A stretch of DNA of 64,000 nt from Podarcis erhardii (taxonomy: Eukaryota), in NCBI GenBank assembly GCA_964252035.1, contig OZ176205.1. The stretch is one strand, 5' to 3'. This document shows positions 11,877 to 23,240 of the stretch, piece after piece; within the stretch, counting starts at the first letter, position 1; the number at the start of each line of letters is the position of its first letter. The translations under genes and the position numbers were made by a program. The notes below the pieces were generated by a model. The model searched no databases, was not told the origin of the DNA, and saw only the letters and a list, made by a program, of their open reading frames with translations.

Positions 11877-13927
11877 TAATTTCCCAAACAATACATGCCA
11901 CTGTTCCTTGATGAAGAATAGAAAGCAGAATTGCCTGCTCATTTAAACACCGGACACCTGAGGCCTAGATCCATCGCTTTGATTTTCAGTTTCTTTCATG
12001 AAAGGATATAGAAACTGTAGTGTTAATCTGTTTTCTGCTGATATTTCCTTGCAGGCGTACATACAAAAAGAAAACACGGGGGTCGGATCACAGATGGTTT
12101 TGTTAATGTTATGCCCGAATGAAGATTTGACTGTTGGATTCCTAGTCACTGGCTTTGTCCAGAGAGAGTAGTGCTTTTATGGATGACCAGCAAATTATTG
12201 ACATGCTAGTTACCCAAAGCTGGACACCCGCCATGCTGTGATGATCACTACTCATGATAATTGTCACAACTGGGTTTGGGCATTGGGGCAATCTTAGTCT
12301 TTGATGGAAGGGAAGTTGTTGTCTCTGTCTCTCCTCACAATGCTGAGGTATCCTATTAAAGAAATCTGGTGTTTCCTATGCCCTTATGCCCAGTCAGGGG
12401 CCAGGGCAAATGGAACACCCTCAGATGGCAATTCCTGCAGGGGTCACCCTATTTGATGTAAGTCTTAGGAAGCCCTGCTCTGGGATTGACCTGTGGCATC
12501 ACTTCCGGCAGGTGGGCCAGAAGTAATTAATTGCCCCATGCGCAAGCCAAACCTCTTTCATCCATATTCAATAAACTTGTGGCCTGTTTCGATCCAAAAT
12601 CAGTCTACATTGTCCTTCGATTGTCTTGGGGGTTGGGGACAGAGGAGCCCAGTGCCTTGGCCTGCAGTACTTCCTGTCTATAATCTGATACTATAGTACA
12701 GAGCTGTCATTTGCACTGGCTTGTACACTTCAGTTTCAACCAGCAGGGCTGGTTTGGTTTAGGCATTCTTCAATAGGATGGCACCAAGCTACTGCTACGG
12801 TTGTCACTTTTTTTCTGGCCCTCCTCCTGTGTCTTTTAACAGCTGTTCCATACCCAGAATTTTAGCAGGTGAAGCTTTTTCTGCAACTGATCTCCATGCC
12901 AGGAAAACTCATCTGCTAAATTTCTGTCCATCAGGCTATGAAGTCAAAGGAGGAAGTCGAGCAAAGAAAAAGAAAAAGGTTAGTAACCTAGATATGGAGT
13001 GACCTGTCATACAACACACTGATTTAGCCAGAAGTGAGAAAGTAGCCCAGATTAGCCCAGCTGTCAGTCGGATTCTCTTCTTTCTGTACAGTCTGTGAAA
13101 TACCACTGCCATTTCCCTTCTGGCTTCTCCTTGACTTCATCTCTGTGCAGCCTACTCCTCCTTCCCTTGGAAAACAGAAATGCTAAACCCAGATGATAAT
13201 ATATCAGCTTCTGCAAGAGATCAGTCGTAGATTGTTGATATGGTAATAAGATATTTATTTTCCAAAACCTTAATAATAATCAAGAGCCTTTCAGATCTGT
13301 TTAAAGCCTTTTGTTACTGCTGGATATCTGGGTACTCTTTAGCTGATTATTTTCATATTTATTTTATTTCTTGGTGGAGCAACTAGAAGAGATAGCTCCA
13401 CCTATTGTTTAAAAACCATTAAAACTATCTCTGCATAAAAGAGCAAATCTGGCATGCCACATCAAGAGACATACGTTGTTTTTCTACTTTCTCTGGTTTT
13501 TCACTTTCGATTATTTTTAAAACTCCATATTTTAATTAACAGATATTAGAAATTAAAACAACCTTCACGATGGCAGGGTGCCATGGTTAGAACAGTTGTG
13601 CCGTCTTGGCAACAGGCAATCTAGATGACAAGGGAGATAATAAGGGAAGAGACTATCTTCCTTCCCAGACTGGCCCAGCCTAGCTGACAAATATCAGGTA
13701 AAAGGGAGGGGACCGGAGCTTGCCGAAAGAAAAGAAAAAAACACAAGTAAACTTTTAAAATAAATATTTAAAATAAGTAGATTAGATGCATGTTCCATAC
13801 CCTTCCATTGCCCTTTCCTTAATCCCAGCAGGCTTGCAGAAGAGAGAGAAAAACTACTCATAGCTCAGTAAGGCTCACTCCTCATGTTCAGATCAAGTGC
13901 CAAAGAACCAGTTTCCCCCATAGTTAG

Positions 13928-14150
13928 AGTGGTGTGATGGTTGTAGTGTTGGGTTAGAATCTGGGAGACTGTGGTTCACATCCCTGCTTAGCCACAAAGC
14001 CTACTGGGTGGGTGACCTTGGGCCCGTCACCAGCTCTCAGCCTAACTTATGTCACAGAGATTAATGTGGAGAGGGGGAGAACCATGTATGCCGCCTTGAG
14101 CTCCTTGAAGGAAAATTGGGATACAAATGTAATACAGATATAAAGAGTTC
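13928..14150 (+). mobile_element. tRNA-derived SINE (Squam2/MIR-like)
   Basis: A-box-like ggtgtgatggtt and B-box-like ggttcacatccc. Core gggtgaccttgggcccgtcac..ctctcagcctaac, then ccgccttgagctccttg and an A-rich tail. Confidence 0.75.
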
Positions 14151-14395
14151 ATGCTGGTAAACAAGCCAGTCAGTTGTTCCCAATATTTCTCCCCCATCAC
14201 CACCACCATTTTGTGACTGGATATGGCATGTTGCTGGTGCACAAGCCATAAGCACCAAAAATGCTTCTTCCGTGGTGGAAACTAGCCAGTCCCAGTTCAA
14301 AGTGTGAGACAGGCCTCCTTTCCTGCTCCTGTTCTGGCCACAGAAGGAGCAGACTAAGGAGCCAGCTGTTTGCTCAGCTTCCACATCATCATATA

Positions 14396-14440
<45 letters not shown>

Positions 14441-14484
14441 AGAGAGAGATTGACAGAGAGAGAGAGAGAGAGCGCGCACGCGCC
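14396..14484. repeat. Compound microsatellite (CT)n(CA)n(GA)n followed by a GC alternation
   Basis: Read directly. Confidence 0.95.
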
Positions 14485-15618
14485 AGGAACAGAAGCTCAT
14501 CTTTGAAGATGCTGTAAGCAATTCCCCAGAAGGGTTCTTAGAGGATATTGTTGCTTTCTGCCTTCTTAAAAGGCTCAGTGGTGCTTCACTTGACCACACT
14601 GGGTCCTGCAACTGTGTCTTTTTTTATTTTAAAAAAATCAGCTCTAAAAAATACGGAAGGATAATATAAAAAAACACTGGTCTGCAGTGGCACGGTAATG
14701 TTATCTGGATGTTATCTAGGTTCTTCATAAAAAGTGAGTGAACAGAAGGCAGCTATTCCAGAGAACCTAGGGGCATGTGTGGAAGCAACCTTAGTAATAT
14801 ACTATCAAAATATTTCACTATTTCTTATAGTCACACATATTATAAAGACCAACAATCCTGCTTGGTTGGTAGAGGAGAATTTTAATGAAGAAATATCCCT
14901 AAGCTGAGGATGCACAGATGTCTTATTGCAGATTCAGATTCATCTAGGCAGTGGGGTGAAGAATTAACATATTGAGCAACAGTCTCTCCAAATTTGGGGT
15001 TGCCCCTCAAGTTTTGATCTATAACAGTATTTAGCAGGGGGGTAGGCTTTTGAAAACCCTTTGTCCATTTCTACATATAGCAAAACGATACCTCTATCAA
15101 ATTCTACCCTCCTAAAAGGTATATATAGTGACTCTATATCTAATCCATTTTATTAAAAATGCATACATAAAAAGTAACACTGTCATTGTGCAGCCCCCAT
15201 TGGAGGATCTGTCGTGCTGCATCACAATCTTGATTTGCATGAAGTCAGAGCTCGCACCCTCCATTGGATAATTTGTCTTATCGCAAGCCTGGATTTGCTG
15301 GAAGTCAGGGCAGGAGAGGGAAGCAAATGGGAAGGCAGTCTTTAAAAGGGCATTTTCAAGCAACAACAGATGTTTGAATAAAGCAGGGATGGGGGGACAC
15401 AGAAGCTGTGAGAATGTTGTGGGAGCATGTTGAGGGAGCTGTGACGACATGGAGGACTTGAAGAAGCTCTGAGAATATGGACACTTGAAGGAGCTGCTAT
15501 GGGATTTGGGGATTGGGGTGAGGGGGAAAGGGATGGGTCAGGTTGGCAAGGGGGCTGAGGGTTTGGTGGAGGGGGTTGATGCGTAATGTGAGCAGGGGTG
15601 GCAGTTCCTAGTTGTTGT

Positions 15619-15736
15619 TTTATTTAAAAAAGCAGTTATTCTATTGTAAGAAAACTTTGTACAAAATATGCAATGCCTTCTTAACTGTAATTTATAAGCA
15701 CAATTCTGTTCAGTAATTGCATGCTCTTTTTTTATT
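15619..15736 (-). terminator. Candidate LRRC53 polyadenylation signals (AATAAA on the minus strand at 15736-15731 and 15624-15619)
   Basis: TTTATT occurs on the plus strand about 100 and about 210 nt past the LRRC53 stop. Confidence 0.45.
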
Positions 15737-15835
15737 CTGCATTCTGCTTTGGCTTTCACAGCTCAAGAGCTCCTTGTTTTTCCCCATCCTATATTGGTCT
15801 GAAAGTTTCAGTCCTGGGTTAGAAAGTCTAGCTTT

Positions 15836-18213
15836 TCATATTGAAAAGGGTTTTTTGTCTTTGAAGAGAACTAAGGAAGGATAAATGTTTTTTGAAATAT
15901 TTGCTTTGCTTTGTTCTGCCTGTGAAGGCAATTCTTTATCACAATCAGCAGATGTGGGAGACAATGTAGGTTTGGAGACAGAGATTTCGGTTTTATGTGT
16001 CTTGTAAGGAAGTGAAGGCATCTCAGTTTGTTCCTCATAACTGACGTCTTTAAGCTTTGATAACAAAGGATGCTCTTGACGTGTTGCTGGTGGCATTTTA
16101 CCTTCTTTATAATCACTGCTACCTTCATCAAGTTGATTGTTTGGAGCTTCTTGCAAATCACTCTCATTATCCATATGCACCTTATTGTTCATTTCAAGAT
16201 TGATGTTGCTCTCCAGATGTGTGTTTCCAGTTTCAGGGGAAGTGGGGACGTTTGATGTGTTAGAGATAATGGTCACTTTGACAACATTTTTATGAAACGT
16301 TTTGCATTTGTTATTCTCCCACTCATTCCCAGTTTGCACTCCTTCCTCTTTTAGGCCCGCTGAGACCATGAGTGTATCTGGGATAAACATTTTCGTTGAC
16401 TCACTGTTGCTTTCTGCTTTGAAATCTGCTCTCTGGTGCTGTGATTTTGTTCCATATACTTCCATGTCATTAGTTCTAGCTGGCATTTGAAGTTGTTTGG
16501 TGGTTATACACCCAGCGGCCTGAGATTTAGAAAGTGTGCTGCTGAACTGAACTGGAGATTTGAATCTATTTATGTCCTTTTCTGTCGGAATTTGGTGTCT
16601 ACTTGATGGTGGAATTTCACCAAAGCTATGGGACTCCACAGCAACTAGATTTCTTTGTGCAGATTCAGTCTCTATAGCCCTTTTGTGCCCTTCCAATCCA
16701 TCTTCCACTGTTAAGCTTTTATATTGTTGTTTTTGGAACTGCTTCGGATTCCTACCTTGCATTATATTCTCAGCAGTTTGCTGAAACTGCATATTATCAT
16801 CTTTGGTGGCATTTTGCAAATTGAGCCCTTCTCTTTCAATAAAGAGAGCTTGAGAAAGACTGTGGTCTTTTTCCTGTGCTGCCATCATCAAAGAACTCTG
16901 GTGAAAGGCCAGGACTGCAGTTTCTGTAATATCTTCACTAAGCTCTTTAGAATTCACTGGTGCTGGAATGTTATTTGCTTCATTCTGCAAAACACTCAGT
17001 GAATGGTTGGGTGAAACAGCAATAGCTGAAACAATCATCCTTGAAGTTCCATTTGGTGAGAATAGAGATGAGCTCCTGGTGCAACTTTGAGCTTGTAAAA
17101 GCTTGGTGGGTGAAGTACCCTCAGCAATTGTCATGTGAGAAACACTCTTAGAAGGACAAGAGATGACTGTAACACCATCTGTACCATTTTCTTCAGGCAG
17201 TTTCCCAACAGATTCTCTAGAATAAATAATATCTTTGCTGCACTCTGAGATCTTTTGGGCAGCCACAGAATATTCTGATTCTGATTTTGTTTTTGTTCTC
17301 CTTCTTCTGTCTTCCCTCATGGAAGCATGTGGCAATTTTGCCTGTCGACAACTTGGGCACTGTTCTTTGTTTTCTTTGGGGAGAAGCTCTTCAGGCTGGA
17401 TTCTTGCTTTTCTAAAAGGATGTAAATTTAACTTCACAGTTAGAGAATCCCGGCTTTTAGTTTTCATTTTATGCTTCTGGATGAATCCAATCAGTTTTTC
17501 CCCAGGTCCTGCAGAGGTGGGAGATGGTTTCCTTTCTTCATTTTTTGCTCTTGAATCACAGTGCAATCTCCTTCCCAGAGCAGGGGTGAGGTTTCCTTGA
17601 ATACTCTTGCCTTGTCCTTTGTTCTCTGGGGATCTCACCCCACTTAAGCCACTTGTCACATCCACCCTCTTTATTGTTGCCAGGTCAGGTACATAAAAGC
17701 TAACACTCTTGGGCTGATACATTCTCTTGATTGCTGGCGATAACGACATCTCTTCATCAGTCATACAGGAACTGCCTGCTCTTTTGCTCTTAACTTCACT
17801 CTGTCCTTCATCCAACTTCACATTTTTGCCATGGTTCTGTTTTGTTTCTGTCGGGTAGTTGCGATATTTATCACAGCCTATGTATTTACAGATAAGGAAG
17901 TTGTCTAGCTGCGGAGAAATATTTTTGCTCCTTTCTAACGATCCACATGGATCATCCTGTCGCCATCCATGGCTTCCTAATGTTGCTTCTTTCACGCAGT
18001 GGTCCTTGGATTCCTCTGGTGTGTCAGGTGCTGATGACGAGGCTGTAATAAAATGCCTTTGCCTCAGCCTGTAAGGCTTTAAGCAGTCCTCATCCTCCTC
18101 GGTTTTGGATACAGACAGACATGACTCATTTGCTAAATGTTTTCCAAGCCCTTCTTTTGCCAAAACACACGCAGCTCTTGAATGTCTTCCACAGAATGTG
18201 TCACTTCTGATTC
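15836..18213 (-). CDS. LRRC53: LRRC53 last coding exon: about 790-aa largely disordered cytoplasmic tail
   Basis: Acceptor tgtttcacAG at 18215-18214. 2378 nt to the stop at 15836. Motifs RQRHFITASSS, NFLICKY and KLNLHPFRK.R..PE match recalled LRRC53. The spliced CDS from ATG 32557 is 3807 nt (1268 aa). Confidence 0.94.
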
Positions 18214-19153
18214 CTGTGAAACAGCAAACGTTGAAACTTAGCACATGCAGAGGAGTTCTCTTACACTGGCTAAACAGATGTTTGGAACACCTACATCGGG
18301 GGTGCCAAAAAGAAGAGGGCTTCCCTGCTTATGGGAAAATGCAAAACAACTAGCTAATGTCTCAGGCTCAGCAAAACATTTTTGCGTTGCAAAGCAATGG
18401 CTAATGTATTCTTTTGGAGTGGCCATTTTTTAAAAAATGAACTGAATAATGACTGATATGAAGACAACTTTGTTCTTGTTCTCTGTATAGAACTATACAG
18501 TCAATCAGTCATGTATGCTTCTGCAAGATAATTCTGTCAACACCATAATTTCTAAATATCCGAATTGAAGCTCTTGTGTTGACTGTGCAATTATTTATTT
18601 AGCACTGTAATACTAACATTGAAACCACATTCTCTGATCTTCTCTGCTTCCCTTCCCCTCATTTCCCAGCCTTCCTCCTGCACAACTCTTTCTTTTGTTG
18701 CATTTCACTTGATGAAAGCCACTCTGCTATCCTTATATGCCCCCTCTTGCTCCCCTCGCTTCCCCGTTTCTGGTTACTATCTACCCTGCCCTTATCCAGC
18801 CTCTAGATTTTTTTCCCCTCCACCCTCCACCCTCCTTTCTGGTTCTTTTGCTGGTACAGTCAAACAAAACGCTTTCTCTCAAACTATTAGCCAATTTCCT
18901 TTCTGAACTCTTGGCTCATGCTGCTGACCCTCACCATTTCCACTTTTTCCCTATTCCTTTTGAACATTCCCGCACCCACCACTTCCAGGCAGGCTTCAAC
19001 CCTCTTCATTCCACTGAGCATGCCATCTTCACAATCACGATATTCTTGCTTCTCCCAAATGATCTCAGCTCAATCTTCTTCCTCTTTGACTTTACTGCTG
19101 CTTTTGATACAGCTGATCATTCTGCTTGGCTTGGCTTCTTTTTTTTGCCATAG

Positions 19154-19918
19154 GTAAAGGTAAAGGGACCCCTGACCACTAGGTCCAGTTGTGACCGACT
19201 CTGGGGTTGCGGTGTTCATCTCGCTTTATTGGCCGAGGGAGCCGGCGTACAGCATCCGGGTCATGTGGCCAGCATGACTAAGCCGCTTCTGGCGAACCAG
19301 AGCAGCACATGGAAATGACGTTTACCGTATTTTTCGTCCTATAGGGCGCACCGGCCCATAGGACGCACCTCGGTTTTTTTGGGGGGGGGGGAATGAATAA
19401 AAAAAAAATTATTTTCCCCCCAGCCGCGGCTGCCACCCCAAGCCTTCCGCATACCTGCCCGAAGCACGGGGCGCCCTCCGGAGGGCTCCCCGTGCTTCGG
19501 GCTGCAGGCTGCTGCCCGCAAGCCTTGTGAACCCACGGGAACTCCTGCCGGGCTTGCAAGGCTTGCGGATAGCTTCCTGAAGCCTGGAGAGCAAGAGGGA
19601 TTGGTGCGCACCGATGCCTCTCGCTCTCCAGGCTTCAGCGAAAGCCTGCATTCGCCCCACAGGATGCACACACATTTCCCCTTCATTTTTGGAGGGGGAA
19701 AAGTGCGTCCTATGGGGCGAAAAATACGGTACCTTCCTGCCGGAGCGGTTCCTATTTATCTACTTGCACTTTGACGTGCTTTCGAACTGCTAGGTTGGCA
19801 GGAGCAGGGACTGAGCAATGGGAGCTCACCCCGTCACGGGGATTCGAACCGCCGATCTTCTGATCGGCAAGTCCTATCCTAGGCTCTGTGGTTTAACCCA
19901 CAGCGCCATCCGCGTCCC
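19154..19918 (-). mobile_element. Full-length Sauria SINE with 12-bp TSD TTTTTGCCATAG, split by a MITE
   Basis: The head reads gggacgcggatggcgctgtgggttaaaccacagagcctagg on the minus strand, with an (ACCTTT)n tail. TSD at 19142-19153 and 19919-19930. Confidence 0.95.
19325..19729 (+). mobile_element. Tc2/pogo-type MITE, 405 bp, TA TSD, inserted in the Sauria SINE
   Basis: TIR CCGTATTTTTCG / CGAAAAATACGG, with TA at 19323-19324 and 19730-19731. Removing it restores the SINE sequence gtttaccttcc. Confidence 0.93.
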
Positions 19919-20130
19919 TTTTTGCCATAGTTCTGTGCAGTTCTGACCTCAGTTGATTCTCTTCTAATCTCTCTTTCAGTGTTTCCTTCCCTAGCTGGGG
20001 TATCTTAGGGCTCTAACCTTAACCCTCTGCTAACACCTTTCTACATGCTCTTCCTGAGTGACTTCATCCTATCTCATACTTCAATGGCACCCTTCTCTAC
20101 CCATCTGGTAATGACTGTAGTTTATTGAAA

Positions 20131-20610
20131 GAGCATTTGACAGCAGGTTTGATCCCTGGCATCTCTAGGTAGGGCTGAGAAGGATTCCTTGCCTGAAACC
20201 TTGGAGAGTCACTGCCAGTACTGAACTAGATAGACCAATGGTCTACAGGCCCTTCAAGTGTCCCTATTTTCCAGGGACAGACCTGGATTTAAAGAAGCCA
20301 TCCCGGTTTCTGATTTGATCCTGGAATGTCCCACTTTTCCTTAGGACATCCCTATTTTCATTGGAGAAATGTTGGAGTTATGCAACCCCCAAGCCAAGGA
20401 GATGAGTAACTATACAACCTTTAGAAGACACCTGAGAGCAGCCCTGTATAGGGAGGTTTCTTAATGTTTAATGCTTTATTATGTTTTTATATGTGTTGGA
20501 AGCCACCCAGAGTGGCTGGGGCAACCCAATCAGATGGAATAGGGTGTCCCTATTTTCATCAGAGAAATGGAGGGTATGGACTCCCTTTAAGGCAGTTTCC
20601 TATTTTCCTA
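20131..20610 (+). mobile_element. Squam3-type tRNA SINE interrupted by the composite repeat at 20246-20578
   Basis: caggtttgatccctggcatctctaggtagggctgagaagg..ctagatagaccaatggtct, continuing after the insert as gactccctttaaggcagtttcctattttcct. Confidence 0.75.
20246..20578 (+). mobile_element. Composite non-autonomous repeat with captured L2-type tail; copy 2 (lacks the hAT MITE and the long TAT tract)
   Basis: Co-linear with 6225-6746; carries the empty site ctatacaa near 20410-20417. Confidence 0.75.
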
Positions 20611-21049
20611 CTCATATACTCCAGAATTTTCCACCTCCTTCTGATACTTCATCTCTGAGTGCCTTCCTAAGATGTACATTGGATGCCAACAGGAAGGCAG
20701 GATCGAGGAAGATCCTTGCACTGCCCCATGAGTTTGTTCTTCTTTCTCAGCAGGTACAATATCATTGCCACAGCCCCATAGCTCTCCCCCTCACTGCTAT
20801 AGTAACCTTAGAACAGGAAGGCTATAATGTATCAGGAGCTAACAGTGGGCTTAGTTCTCATTCCCCAAACCTCAGACAGGGCACATTGGCATGGGAAATC
20901 ATCACACCTGTGGCCTTTCTTGTTCTAATATTATGGAAGCAGCGAGGCGTGCTTCTATTGATCTGTGATAACTCTTCATGAGAGGGAGAGACTGGGGAAT
21001 CATCAGTCAAAACAGAAGCGATGTCCAGTTCCCAGGAAAAAGAGCTCAC

Positions 21050-21583
21050 CTTGATTCAGTTTGTGATGGTCCTCAGATCTTGTCGCCTGTGTGTCTTCCT
21101 CCCACTGCCCAAAGTTGTCTGGGCTTCTAACTCTCCTCTGGAATTGTTTTTGGCACAGTCCATCTGCTTCATTAGGCACAGCTGCATTCCCAGAAGACTC
21201 TGGAGGATAAGACTGTAGCAGTCTACAGTTAAGGCACAAGAAATGGTCATTTTTCATCTGTTCATTCTCCTTTTGAATGCTTCTGAGTGGCATTTTTAGG
21301 CCTGTGCACTTAGACTCTGCCTTTACTGTTGCTTGATGGCTATTTTCCTTTAAAAGTGGCGTTTCCCTGCCAGACCCCAACATGGACATGACCTTTATTT
21401 CATTTTCCCGAGTTAAGTGGCAGTTACAGTATCCCTTAGTGAGGTAATTTCTTGGCTCATGACCACACTGGGATTCATCTAGGGTTCTGCAACAGCAGTT
21501 TCCTGATGAGTGTTCATTTGCTTTGCCGTGTTGAAACTTCCTGTTAAAGAGGGCTAAAACTAGGCAGGTGAGACCAACACCTC
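21050..21583 (-). CDS. LRRC53: LRRC53 exon encoding the second half of the TM helix (GVGLTCLVLALF) and the juxtamembrane Cys/His-rich cytoplasmic segment
   Basis: Acceptor ttgtcacAG at 21585-21584 and donor GTgagc at 21049. 534 nt, phase 1 to 1. GKANEH..CCRT.DE..C.HE.RNY.TKGYCNCHLT.ENEIKVMS matches recalled LRRC53. Confidence 0.95.
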
Positions 21584-23164
21584 CTGTGACAAATACAAGG
21601 TTTATCAAAGATGAAATCAGGTAAATTAAGGTAGAGCTCATTAGACATTAAACATACACATCAGAACATAATAATACAAAACCACTAAAGGGATAATCCT
21701 GCTATATGAGATTATTAAAATGTAGCAGAGGAGGGGGTAGAACAGGAATCCAATTAAATCCCCACACATTTTTATCTATATAATTCTATCATTCGGTGTC
21801 ATCCGCAGCAATTATTCAAGGAGCAAATGCATTTGTAATGATTGGAGATACATCTGAGATCTCCTTAAAAGAGAAAAAGTACCTCTTGAAGACCTTTTTA
21901 TGCCAACAGGCATTTGCAGATGTTTAAAATTGATTAGCCAGATGCTTTAATGATTATTTGTCTTTCTTTTTTTTAGTGGTATTATATTGTTGTACACCGG
22001 CCTGACATTTTATAATATGGTGATATAGAAATACTTTCATTGAATGAAAGTAAATAGCTGTAGATGGAAGCTTTATCTTTGAAATGACAGTAACTGCATT
22101 GCAGAAAAGTCTGATAGGACTCGGGTCATTTTTAGTTCATGAACTATTGTCTGCCACCATCCAATGAAAGGAGGTTAAGTCTCCAGAAGGGAAGTTAAAG
22201 GAAGTTTGTTCATTTAAGAACTATACCTATATGTTTTGCTTCATGAAACTAATAGTAGTTGCATGGAAGGCAATTTAGATCAGAAAACTTGTTCAGGTGG
22301 ACAGCACAGAACACAGTGGCCCTGATCTGATTACGATCTCCCCTTTATATTTTTGTCTTATTGCTCTGTGTGCATAAGAGTGATCCAGTCACATTTCTCT
22401 TGCCTTCTCAAGTAGTTGCAAATTATAGCAGAAAAAAAATTTACTCCCCAATATTCTCAGAATTCTTTCTTTCAGATATTGACATTGAATGCTCATTAGG
22501 TAGCAGAATAATTAGCAAAAAAATTATTGATTTGGATGTCAGTTTTTGACATTTGGGTTTGAAATTTGACTTCAGTATCTGATATTTGACTTAGCAGTTG
22601 ACAGCTTATGACATTTCATATTTGACATCTGCAAAACAAAAACAAAAACATTGAGAGATGCTGATTAGTTTGAAGAATATGGCTTTTGAAGTAAATGTCC
22701 ACATTTTAAAAAATTGTAATATTTTGTAATTTTTGTGAAATTTTGTTTCTATGGGAATGCTAATTAACATGCTTGGCTGCAGTCTAATGGAGGGCATATT
22801 TAGATCGCAAAGGAAAATGGCTTTTTTAAAATGTCTGGGAAAATCTGGATGTAAGTCATGTCAGCAGACTAAAGAAAGCTCAACAACTTTTTTGTCCAGA
22901 TTTGTCCAATTATGACTTTGTTTACAGCGGTCCTGGGAAGTCTAAATTCCTCCTCAATGTCATCCCATCCCAGCAGTTCTGCAGACCGCAAAATAAACCC
23001 TAGACTTGGGCTTTGTCTATGAGGCTCTGCACAAATACAAAATAAAATTCATTTAGAATAAAGACTATTATTGAATGAGGATAAATTGTTGGTTTGTTTG
23101 TTTGTTTTTTAAAAAAAACAGACTGAATTTTGGAGAATATTCTTCGGATCCTGAGAATTAAAAA

Positions 23165-23240
23165 TCATAAACTGAGGTGGGATTGGAATCCAGATTCCTG
23201 GGGGCCAGACATAACGTTCTGTCCTCTGTACCACAATGCC
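23165..23240 (-). mobile_element. Short MIR-like/tRNA-SINE head fragment
   Basis: gaggtgggattggaatccagattcctg..ctgtaccacaatgcc is the reverse complement of A/B-box-like sequence. Confidence 0.4.

Larger units (their letters stand above)
18900..20090 (+). mobile_element. Degenerate L2 LINE RT fragment, interrupted by a Sauria SINE at 19154-19918
   Basis: FQAGFNPLHSTEHAIF..FDFTAAFDTADHS (cf. L2 FQSGFRPxHSTETAL..LDLSAAFDTVDH). After the SINE, ggggtatcttagggctct..cctctgct resembles the GVPQGS..GPLLF region. Confidence 0.75.

Noticed and set aside
12262-12641. LTR-like segment (TGTCAC start, AATAAA at 12570, ..GGACA)
   Set aside because: No matching TSD or confident right boundary was found, so it is not listed as a feature.
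15836-15856. C-terminal ..PFSI of LRRC53 as a class II PDZ ligand
   Set aside because: The recalled mammalian C-terminus is unrelated, so there is no conservation support.
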